The notes under the pieces were generated by a model. The model did no database searches and had not been told where the DNA came from. It saw only the letters and a list, made by a program, of their open reading frames with translations. A DNA stretch of 7,485 bases from positions 1 to 7,485 of IMG/VR virus record IMGVR_UViG_2534682003_000007. One strand, written 5' to 3'. The DNA comes from a virus (lineage: Duplodnaviria; Heunggongvirae; Uroviricota; Caudoviricetes). Below are positions 1 through 6,319 of the stretch, in pieces. The position numbers were made by a program, and so were the translations under genes. The number at the start of each line of letters is the position of its first letter. The first letter of the stretch is position 1.

Positions 1-318
1 ACGACCAATAGCGGCTTTACCGGGCCATTGCTTACTGTTCATGTATTCGTTGGCCTGGTTAATTAGTAACTGTCTTTCTGATTCAGTAATTTCAATAAGC
101 TCTTCATGCGTGGGTGGAGGAATATCTGCCCACGCAGGCAGCCCATCATCTCCGGCAATACGGATTTTTCCTTGTGGCGGTTCAGCCATAAACTCACTGA
201 TAATATTCTGATTTACTTCCTTAGCGTCTGATAAATCCCATCCCTCTGATTTATATTTATCAATCATATCCACAGGAAAAAAAGCATTATACCTTGCGCT
301 ATAAACATATTCGTTCAT
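1..318 (-). CDS. Tail fibre assembly protein (Tfa/U-like), 3'-partial: ATG at 318..316, reading frame open to the window edge
   Basis: My own translation of the reverse complement gives MNEYVYSARYNAFFPVDMIDKYKSEGWDLSDAKEVNQNIISEFMAEPPQGKIRIAGDDGLPAWADIPPPTHEELIEITESERQLLINQANEYMNSKQWPGKAAIGR... with no stop before position 1. It begins 20 nt downstream of the stop of the tail-fibre cassette (339-341) on the same strand, with a GGTGA Shine-Dalgarno about 6 nt upstream of the ATG. Size, position and composition fit the small Tfa chaperones that follow tail-fibre genes. The family assignment is from memory, not from a search. Confidence 0.55.
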   Translation of the reverse strand, partial: MNEYVYSARYNAFFPVDMIDKYKSEGWDLSDAKEVNQNIISEFMAEPPQGKIRIAGDDGLPAWADIPPPTHEELIEITESERQLLINQANEYMNSKQWPGKAAIGR

Positions 319-338
319 ATAAATCACCCTGAATAAAA

Positions 339-707
339 TTACTCACCAACAGCCCACCAACTGTAATTCATCGATACCGTGTCGCTGGTTGATGACGTTC
401 TGTAAGCAGAATTAAAACCGGTTAACGTTGGGCCTTCTGCCGTCATCACGAACCCTCGCCCAGCGCCTAAAGGCGCACCGCCATCACCAGAATGAGTAAG
501 CATGGCGCAGTCCGCTTTTTTGGGGAAAGGGATGCTGAATGTAATTCTCATTGTTTGCGTCGATAATGTCGGCGTAACCGCACCACGACCATATTGCAGG
601 ATTTTCCCGTTGGGTAATTTCATCCATCCATCACCACTGGCAAAAGAGGCCATGTCCGGTATCTGATTTTCCCCTGTCCCAACATTTCGTTTTGCCGCTT
701 CTCCCAA
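339..707 (-). CDS. Tail fibre C-terminal variable cassette (Sv/Hv-like); probably the silent alternate copy of an invertible segment in this orientation
   Basis: 122-aa ORF rich in Gly/Ser/Thr and ending ...NYSWWAVGE, followed immediately by a Tfa-like gene, which is the usual tail-fibre plus assembly-chaperone pairing. The only start is a TTG at 705-707 with no convincing RBS. On the minus strand an in-frame TAA (719-717) lies four codons upstream, inside the putative crossover site. So in this orientation the cassette is not fused to a tail-fibre N-terminal constant region. Confidence 0.5.
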   Translation of the reverse strand: MGEAAKRNVGTGENQIPDMASFASGDGWMKLPNGKILQYGRGAVTPTLSTQTMRITFSIPFPKKADCAMLTHSGDGGAPLGAGRGFVMTAEGPTLTGFNSAYRTSSTSDTVSMNYSWWAVGE

Positions 708-724
708 ACCAACCTTTTAGAAAA
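699..724. promoter_or_regulatory. Putative 26-bp hix/gix/cix-family crossover site for a serine DNA invertase
   Basis: The sequence TTCTCCCAAACC-AA-CCTTTTAGAAAA has a 12-bp left half-site matching hixL (recalled as TTCTTGAAAACC-AA-GGTTTTTGATAA) at 9 of 12 positions, an AA central dinucleotide, and a more degenerate right half-site (8 of 12). It lies 55 bp upstream of the invertase start and exactly at the 5' boundary of the tail-fibre cassette, as gix lies at the Sc/Sv junction in Mu. Confidence 0.5.
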
Positions 725-778
725 TGCAGATATTCCGTTCAGCTGGCATGATCCCGACTTTTTACCGGGTTATTTCTC

Positions 779-1021
779 ATGTTTATCGGTTATGTACGTG
801 TATCAACAAATGACCAGAACACCGCATTACAGCGAAATGAACTGGAGTGCGCAGGATGTGAGCTGATTTTCGAAGATAAAATCAGCGGCAAAACATCAGA
901 CTGGCCGGGGCTAAAGAGGTCACTCAGAACCTTGTCAGAGGGCGATACGCTTGTGGTCTGGAAACTGGATCGCCTCGGGTATCTCAACGCTATACAAAAA
1001 ATTTCCCGCATCCGTTGCTGA
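779..1021 (+). pseudogene. Truncated Hin/Gin/Cin/Pin-family serine DNA invertase: 80 codons, only about the first 67 residues conserved
   Basis: The translation MFIGYVRVSTNDQNTALQRNELECAGCELIFEDKISGKTSDWPGLKRSLRTLSEGDTLVVWKLDRLG matches the N-terminus of Gin/Hin-type invertases nearly residue for residue, including the catalytic-serine motif YVRVSTNDQ and the GDTLVVWKLDRLGR block. After KLDRLG it diverges (YLNAIQKISRIRC) and stops at 1019-1021. I translated the two other frames downstream and neither resumes invertase-like sequence, so the 3' two-thirds, including the rest of the catalytic domain and the HTH DNA-binding domain, is deleted rather than frameshifted. Confidence 0.8.
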
Positions 1022-1056
1022 TGTCTCAATGTGTCAGACATCGCCCAACACTGACA
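1021..1056. promoter_or_regulatory. Overlapping dyad symmetries upstream of FI; candidate late-promoter activator site (Ogr/Delta-type)
   Basis: ATGTCT (1021-1026) pairs with AGACAT (1036-1041), and TGTCAG (1032-1037) pairs with CTGACA (1051-1056). This gives TGT...ACA elements about 65-100 bp upstream of the FI ATG. P2-family late promoters are known to carry a TGT-N12-ACA-type dyad near -55; the spacing here is N13 rather than N12. No strong sigma70 -35 is present, as expected for an activator-dependent promoter. Confidence 0.3.
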
Positions 1057-1119
1057 AATAGCCCCTCAACAGACCAGCCAGGACAATAACACTTGCCCAC
1101 TAACCACGGAGTTAACCGG

Positions 1120-2298
1120 ATGAGTGATTTTCACCACGGCGTGCAGGTGCTTGAGATTAACGACGGCACCCGCGTCATTTCCACTGTTGCAACCGCAATC
1201 GTCGGCATGGTCTGTACAGCCAGCGATGCGGATGCGGCAACCTTTCCCCTCAACGAGCCGGTACTGATTACCAATGTGCAAAGCGCCATTGCGAAAGCCG
1301 GTAAAAAAGGCACGCTGGCCGCGTCCCTGCAGGCCATCGCCGACCAGTCAAAACCTGTCACAGTTGTCGTGCGCGTGGACGAAGGTACCGGCGACGACGC
1401 CGAAGCGCAGACAATTTCCAATATCATCGGCGGAACGGATGAGAACGGTAAATACACCGGCATTAAAGCGCTGTTGACTGCCGAAGCGGTCACCGGCGTC
1501 AAGCCGCGCATTCTCGGCGTGCCGGGGCTGGACACCAAAGAAGTGGCGGTTGCACTGGCGTCGGTCTGTATTAGCCTGCGCGCGTTTTGTTACATCAGCG
1601 CATGGGGATGCAAGACCATTTCCGAAGCAATGGCCTATCGCGAGAATTTCAGCCAGCGCGAGCTGATGGTCATCTGGCCTGATTTCCTTGCATGGGATAC
1701 CACCACAAACGCCACCGCACCGGCATACGCAACTGCGCGCGCACTCGGCCTGCGTGCCTATATCGACCAGACCGTCGGCTGGCATAAAACCCTGTCTAAC
1801 GTCGGCGTGCAGGGTGTCACCGGCATCAGTGCGTCAGTGTTTTGGGATTTGCAGGCATCTGGCACCGATGCTGACCTGCTCAACGAGGCCGGGGTCACGA
1901 CGCTGGTGCGCAAAGATGGTTTCCGCTTTTGGGGTAACCGCACCTGCTCTGATGACCCGCTTTTCCTGTTTGAGAACTACACCCGCACCGCGCAGGTGCT
2001 GGCCGACACGATGGCCGAGGCGCACATGTGGGCGGTCGATAAGCCCATTACCGCATCGCTCATCCGTGACATTGTCGACGGCATTAATGCCAAATTCCGC
2101 GAGCTGAAATCAAATGGCTACATCGTGGACGGTGAATGCTGGTTCGACGAGGAATCGAATGACAAGGAAACCCTCAAGGCCGGGAAACTGTATATCGACT
2201 ACGACTATACGCCGGTTCCACCACTGGAAAGCCTGACCCTGCGCCAGCGTATCACCGATAAATATCTGGTGAATCTGGCCGAATCGGTCAACAGCTAA
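1120..2298 (+). CDS. FI: Contractile tail sheath protein (P2 gpFI homologue), 392 aa
   Basis: ATG at 1120 preceded by GGAG (1108-1111). The translation MSDFHHGVQVLEINDGTRVISTVATAIVGMVCTASDADA...GFRFWGNRTCSDDPLFLFENYTRTAQV...KLYIDYDYTPVPPLESLTLRQRITDKYL is near-collinear with my recollection of P2 FI. The ORF-track start at 1093 is a TTG lacking an RBS; I prefer the ATG at 1120. Confidence 0.93.
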   Translation: MSDFHHGVQVLEINDGTRVISTVATAIVGMVCTASDADAATFPLNEPVLITNVQSAIAKAGKKGTLAASLQAIADQSKPVTVVVRVDEGTGDDAEAQTISNIIGGTDENGKYTGIKALLTAEAVTGVKPRILGVPGLDTKEVAVALASVCISLRAFCYISAWGCKTISEAMAYRENFSQRELMVIWPDFLAWDTTTNATAPAYATARALGLRAYIDQTVGWHKTLSNVGVQGVTGISASVFWDLQASGTDADLLNEAGVTTLVRKDGFRFWGNRTCSDDPLFLFENYTRTAQVLADTMAEAHMWAVDKPITASLIRDIVDGINAKFRELKSNGYIVDGECWFDEESNDKETLKAGKLYIDYDYTPVPPLESLTLRQRITDKYLVNLAESVNS

Positions 2299-2313
2299 GG
2301 AGCCTGAAACAAC

Positions 2314-2832
2314 ATGGCACTACCCCGCAAACTCAAATATCTGAACATGTTTAACGACGGCCTTAGCTACATGGGCGTTGTTGAATCCGTGACGCTGCCG
2401 AAGCTGACCCGCAAACTCGAAAACTATCGCGGCGGTGGCATGAATGGCGCGGCGGCGATTGACCTCGGTCTCGACGATGATGCGTTAACCGTCGAATGGT
2501 CTGTCGGTGGCCTGCCTGATGTGGCGCTGTGGGCGCAGTACGCCGCGCCGGGTGCTGACGCTGTGCCGTTGCGTTTTGCTGGCTCTTACCAACGTGACGA
2601 CACTGGCGAAATCGTGGCGGTCGAGGTGGTCATGCGTGGCCGTCATAAAGAAATCGACGGCGGCGAGAATAAGCAGGGTGAAAACACCTCGACCAAACTG
2701 TCGACCGTATGCACCTATTACCGCCTCACGATTGATGGTAGCGACGTCATCGAAATCGACACCGTCAACATGGTTGAGAAGGTGAACGGCGTCGACCGTC
2801 TGGAACAGCACCGCCGCGCAATCGGGCTGTAA
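2314..2832 (+). CDS. FII: Tail tube protein (P2 gpFII homologue), 172 aa
   Basis: AAGGAG RBS at 2297-2302 overlapping the FI stop. The translation MALPRKLKYLNMF...VTLPKLTRKLENYRGGGMNG...LRFAGSYQRDDTGEIVAVEVVMRGR...VNGVDRLEQHRRAIGL matches the P2 FII pattern, and the gene sits directly after the sheath gene as in all P2-like tails. Confidence 0.93.
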   Translation: MALPRKLKYLNMFNDGLSYMGVVESVTLPKLTRKLENYRGGGMNGAAAIDLGLDDDALTVEWSVGGLPDVALWAQYAAPGADAVPLRFAGSYQRDDTGEIVAVEVVMRGRHKEIDGGENKQGENTSTKLSTVCTYYRLTIDGSDVIEIDTVNMVEKVNGVDRLEQHRRAIGL

Positions 2833-2837
2833 TTCCC

Positions 2838-2870
2838 TGACCGGTCAGCACTGCTGGCCGGTTATTAATC
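2838..2870 (+). terminator. Stable hairpin followed by a T-rich run between FII and E; candidate partial terminator or attenuator
   Basis: CCGGTCAGC (2841-2849), loop ACT, then GCTGGCCGG (2853-2861) form a 9-bp stem with one G-U pair, extendable to about 12 bp using 2838-2840 and 2862-2864. It is followed by TTATTAAT and lies in the 63-bp gap between the FII stop and the E start. Confidence 0.35.
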
Positions 2871-2895
2871 CCCATTCAGAGCAGAGAAAAACATC

Positions 2896-3231
2896 ATGGC
2901 AAAAGCACCACGTAAAACCGCTGAATTTGTTGATATGGCTGGCAATGAAATTGACACCGTAAACCCGAACGTCGTGACCCTCGACAAGCCGATTAAGCGC
3001 GCCGGTCAGACGATTGATAAAGTCACACTGATTGAGCCGAACGCCGGTACCCTGCGCGGTGTCAGTCTGGCAGCGGTGGCGCAGTCCGAAGTCGATGCGC
3101 TGATTAAGGTATTGCCACGCATGACCTACCCCGCGCTTACGGCGCAGGAGCTTACCGCAATGAACCTGCCCGATATGCTGTCGTTGGCCGCTAAGGTGAT
3201 TGGTTTTTTGTCACCGGCTTCGGCGGAGTAG
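2896..3231 (+). CDS. E: Tail assembly chaperone E (P2 gpE homologue), 111 aa in-frame product
   Basis: A small ORF immediately upstream of the tape measure gene, which is the conserved position of the tail assembly chaperone. Its 3' end contains the slippery heptamer. An alternative internal ATG at 2935 exists but has a poorer RBS. Confidence 0.8.
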   Translation: MAKAPRKTAEFVDMAGNEIDTVNPNVVTLDKPIKRAGQTIDKVTLIEPNAGTLRGVSLAAVAQSEVDALIKVLPRMTYPALTAQELTAMNLPDMLSLAAKVIGFLSPASAE

Positions 3232-3383
3232 ATTTCCCGCCCGACCTGTCGACCGATGACCTGATGGCGGATATCGCGGTGATATTCCACTGGCCGCTAT
3301 CAGATCTCTATTCCCTGAGTCTGACCGAGCTCATCACATGGCGCGAAAAGGCGCTGCAGCGTAGCGGACACCACAATGAGTAA
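2896..3383 (+). CDS. E+E': E+E' tail assembly chaperone made by programmed -1 ribosomal frameshift at 3204-3210; about 162 aa
   Basis: After a -1 slip on T_TTT_TTG, the new frame stays open for 57 codons (VTGFGGVDFPPDLSTDDLMADIAVIFHWPLSDLYSLSLTELITWREKALQRSGHHNE) and stops at TAA 3381-3383, overlapping the T start codon (ATGAGTAA). This is the conserved G/GT-type and P2 E/E+E' arrangement of Caudovirales tail chaperones. Confidence 0.7.
3204..3210 (+). promoter_or_regulatory. Slippery heptamer T_TTT_TTG for the -1 programmed frameshift (E to E+E')
   Basis: In the E frame the codons are GGT TTT TTG (3202-3210), so the X_XXY_YYZ heptamer is T_TTT_TTG, 21 nt before the E stop. The -1 frame is open from here to 3383. 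Confidence 0.7.
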
Positions 3384-5820
3384 TAACCTGAGACTTGAGG
3401 TTTTGCTGAAAGCGGTCGACCAGGCGACCCGACCGCTTAAATCCATCCAGACCGCGAGTAAAACCCTGTCGGGCGATATTCGCGACACACAAAAAGGGCT
3501 GCGTGACCTGAACGGGCAGGCCGCGAAAATCGACGGCTTTCGCAAAACCAGCGCTCAACTGGCCGTAACCGGCCAGTCGCTGGAGAAGGCAAAGCGCGAG
3601 GCTGAAGCGCTTGCCACGCAATTCAAAAATACTGAGCGCCCGACGCGAGCGCAGGCACAGGTGCTCGAATCCGCAAAACGTGCCGCCGAGGGGCTGCAGG
3701 TTAAATACAACAGCCTCACCGAGTCGGTTAAACGCCAGCAACGCGAGCTGGGTGCCGCCGGTATCAATACCCGCAATCTGGCAAACGATGAGCGGGGGCT
3801 TAAAACACGTATCAGCGAGACGACGGCGCAGCTCAACCGGCAGCGTGAAGCATTGGCGAAGGTCAGCGCACAGCAGGCGCACCTAAACCGAGTGAAAGAG
3901 CGATATAAATCGGGTAAGGAGCTTGCCGGTAACATGGCCGCTGCAGGTGCTGCCGGGGTCGGTATTGCGACAGCGGGAACGATGGCCGGGGTTAAATTGC
4001 TGATGCCCGGTTATGACTTTGCGCAAAAAAACTCCGAGCTGCAGGCTGTGCTCGGGGTCGATAAGCAGTCGCCAGAAATGCAGGCGTTACGCAAACAGGC
4101 GCGCCAGCTCGGTGACAATACAGCCGCTTCTGCTGATGATGCAGCCAGTGCGCAGATTATCATTGCAAAAGGTGGTGGTGATGCGGCGGCTATAGCGGCC
4201 ATGACACCTGTGACTCTCAACCTGTCGCTTGCAAACAAAAAAACAATGGAGGAAAACGCGCAACTGTTGATGGGGACAAAAGCCGCCTTTCAACTTTCTA
4301 ATGACGCGGCTGCGCATATCGGTGATGTTCTTTCAACCACGATGAACAAAACCACCGCTGATTTTCAGGGACTAAGTGACTCATTAAGTTACCTTGCCCC
4401 TGTTGCGAAAAATGCTGGGGTGAGTCTTGAACAGGCGGCGGCGATTACCGGCACACTTCATGATAATAACATCAGGGGGTCAATGGCTGGGACTGGCGGC
4501 GCTGCTGTTATAACGAGACTACAGGCACCCACAGGCAAAGCATACGATGCTCTCAAAGAGCTGGGAGTTAAAACCTCAGACAGCAAAGGCAATACGCGCC
4601 CGCTATTTACCATCCTGAAAGAAATGCAGGCCAGTTTTAAGCGCAACAATCTTGGTACCTCACAAAAGGCCGAGTACGTGAAAACGATATTCGGCGAGGA
4701 GGCTATGAAGTCTGCAAGTGTCCTTATGGCGGCAGCGGCAAGCGGAAAACTCGATAAGCTAACTGCCACGATAAAGGATTCAGACGGTAAAACAGAGGAG
4801 CTGGTCAAGGTTATGCAGGATAACCTCGGCGGCGACTTCAAGGAGTTCCAGTCAGCATATGAGGCGGTCGGCACTGACCTCTATGACCAGCAAGATAGCT
4901 CATTGCGTCAGCTAACTCAGACAGCAACACGGTATGTGCTAAAGCTTGATGACTGGATCAAAGACAACAAGGAGTTAGCGGAAACTATCGGCATCATCGC
5001 CGGTGGTGCGCTGGCGCTGATTGGTATCATCGGCGGCATTGGTCTCGTTGCGTGGCCGGTTGTCATGGGGATTAATGCAATTATCGCCGCTGCTGGCGTG
5101 CTGGGTACGGTCTTTACTGTCGTCGGTAGTGCCATTGCGACAGCGCTCGGTGCGATTACCTGGCCGATAGTGGCCGTCGGTGCGGCGATTGTGGCGGGGG
5201 CGCTACTCATCCGTAAATATTGGGAGCCCATCAGCGCATTTTTCTCGGGAGTGATTGAAGGCATCATGAGTGCCTTTGCCCCAGTCGGGGAAATGTTAGC
5301 TCCACTGGCTCCCATTTTTGATGGTCTCGGCGAGAAACTGCGCGGCGTCTGGCAGTGGTTTAAAGACCTGATAGCACCGGTTAAGGCCACGCAGGAAACG
5401 CTTGATAGCTGCAAAAATGTCGGCGTCATATTTGGTCAGGCACTGGCCTCTGCCTTGATGGCTCCGCTCAATGTTTTTAACAAGCTGCGCAGCGGTGTCG
5501 ACTGGCTTCTCGAAAAGCTCGGCATCATCAACAAAGAGTCGGACAGCCTCGACCAGACCGCCGCCAAAACCAATGCCGCCACACAGGGTAATTCCTACAT
5601 CCCGGCAACCAGCACATATGGCGGCTATCAGGCTTATCAGCCAGTTACCGCACCGGCGGGGCGCTCTTACATTGACCAGAGCAAAAGCGAATACAACATC
5701 AATCTGCCGGGAGGTGTTGCGCCGGGGCATCAGCTTGACAGACAACTACGCGACACGCTCGAACAGATTGAGCGCGATAAACGCGCCCGCCAGCGTGCCA
5801 ACATGACCCACGACTATTGA
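3376..5820 (+). CDS. T: Tail tape measure protein (P2 gpT homologue), 814 aa
   Basis: Long ORF directly after the chaperone. The N-terminal third is coiled-coil-like and rich in Ala, Gln, Lys and Glu. A long Gly/Ala/Ile/Val-rich hydrophobic block is encoded around 4981-5223. The length is close to the roughly 815 aa of P2 T, and the start overlaps the E' stop. Confidence 0.9.
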   Translation: MSNNLRLEVLLKAVDQATRPLKSIQTASKTLSGDIRDTQKGLRDLNGQAAKIDGFRKTSAQLAVTGQSLEKAKREAEALATQFKNTERPTRAQAQVLESAKRAAEGLQVKYNSLTESVKRQQRELGAAGINTRNLANDERGLKTRISETTAQLNRQREALAKVSAQQAHLNRVKERYKSGKELAGNMAAAGAAGVGIATAGTMAGVKLLMPGYDFAQKNSELQAVLGVDKQSPEMQALRKQARQLGDNTAASADDAASAQIIIAKGGGDAAAIAAMTPVTLNLSLANKKTMEENAQLLMGTKAAFQLSNDAAAHIGDVLSTTMNKTTADFQGLSDSLSYLAPVAKNAGVSLEQAAAITGTLHDNNIRGSMAGTGGAAVITRLQAPTGKAYDALKELGVKTSDSKGNTRPLFTILKEMQASFKRNNLGTSQKAEYVKTIFGEEAMKSASVLMAAAASGKLDKLTATIKDSDGKTEELVKVMQDNLGGDFKEFQSAYEAVGTDLYDQQDSSLRQLTQTATRYVLKLDDWIKDNKELAETIGIIAGGALALIGIIGGIGLVAWPVVMGINAIIAAAGVLGTVFTVVGSAIATALGAITWPIVAVGAAIVAGALLIRKYWEPISAFFSGVIEGIMSAFAPVGEMLAPLAPIFDGLGEKLRGVWQWFKDLIAPVKATQETLDSCKNVGVIFGQALASALMAPLNVFNKLRSGVDWLLEKLGIINKESDSLDQTAAKTNAATQGNSYIPATSTYGGYQAYQPVTAPAGRSYIDQSKSEYNINLPGGVAPGHQLDRQLRDTLEQIERDKRARQRANMTHDY

Positions 5821-5833
5821 GGGGGATTAAACG

Positions 5834-6319
5834 ATGATGCTTGCTCTCGGAATGTTTGTGTTTGAACTTCGCACCCTGCCTTACCAGTCGATGCAGCATT
5901 CGAAAGATTATCGCTGGGTGTCCAATGACCGGGTGGGTAAACCACCTGCCTATCAGTTTCTTGGCGAGGGGGAAACCTCTATACAGCTTGCTGGTACGCT
6001 ATACCCCGCTATCACTGGCGGTTGGATCTCACTAAAGGCTGTAGAGGTGATGGCCAATGAAGGCAGAGCGTGGCCGTTGATAGAGGGAACCGGAAATATC
6101 CTCGGGATGTATATCGTCGATAAAGTATCGACTACACGCACCGAGTTTTTCAGTGATGGTGCGGCCAGAAAGATTGATTTCACGCTTTCGCTAAAACGGG
6201 TTGATGAATCGCTGACAGAGATGTTTGGTGACCTGAATAAACAGGCCAGTGAGCTTCTCGGCTCTGCCGGTAATTTGACAGATAAACTGCAGGGTATGCC
6301 CGGAGGTTTCACTGCATGA
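5834..6319 (+). CDS. U: Tail protein U (P2 gpU homologue), 161 aa
   Basis: GAGGGGG RBS at 5819-5825. The translation MMLALGMFVFELRTLPYQSMQHSKDYRW...GEGETSIQLAGTLYPAITGG...EGRAWPLIEGTGNILGMYIVDKVSTTRTEFFSDGAARKIDFTLSLKRV matches the P2 U pattern. Its stop overlaps the D start (ATGA at 6316-6319). Confidence 0.9.
   Translation: MMLALGMFVFELRTLPYQSMQHSKDYRWVSNDRVGKPPAYQFLGEGETSIQLAGTLYPAITGGWISLKAVEVMANEGRAWPLIEGTGNILGMYIVDKVSTTRTEFFSDGAARKIDFTLSLKRVDESLTEMFGDLNKQASELLGSAGNLTDKLQGMPGGFTA

Noticed and set aside
721-778. Possible sigma70 promoter for the invertase gene
   Set aside because: I could not find a convincing -35/-10 pair with proper spacing. Because the gene is truncated, its expression signals may also be degenerate. 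Left uncalled.
790-1041. 83-aa minus-strand ORF antisense to the invertase remnant
   Set aside because: The plus-strand frame carries the conserved invertase N-terminus, and the antisense ORF is a by-product with no start context.
1093-1119. ORF-track start of the sheath gene at 1093, giving a 401-aa product
   Set aside because: Position 1093 is a TTG with no RBS. The ATG at 1120 has a GGAG 8 nt upstream, and the protein from 1120 (MSDFHHGVQV...) begins where P2 FI begins.
1066-2107. Minus-strand and off-frame ORFs within FI (1131-1538, 1348-1785, 1688-2107 and others)
   Set aside because: All are embedded in the sheath gene, whose frame has strong protein-level support. The alternative frames give Cys/Arg/Pro-rich products with no recognisable features.
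3334-3935. Minus-strand ORFs of 182 aa and 126 aa, and plus-strand ORF 3611-3886, overlapping the 5' part of the tape measure gene
   Set aside because: They lie entirely within the well-supported T coding region, and their translations are Arg/Ser/Cys/Ala-rich low-complexity sequence typical of off-frame readings of GC-rich coding DNA. They have no RBS or operon context.
5563-5579. A CAAAACCAA motif resembling the core of the hix-like half-site
   Set aside because: It lies inside the T coding sequence, has no second half-site in inverted orientation, and is short enough to occur by chance.
4011-5899. Multiple antisense and off-frame ORFs (for example 4458-4874, 4917-5429 and 5296-5745 on the minus strand, 5471-5806 on the plus strand) inside T and at the T/U junction
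   Set aside because: These are shadow ORFs of the tape measure gene. Their composition is biased (Pro/Ala/Ser/Arg-rich) and no independent start signals are present.
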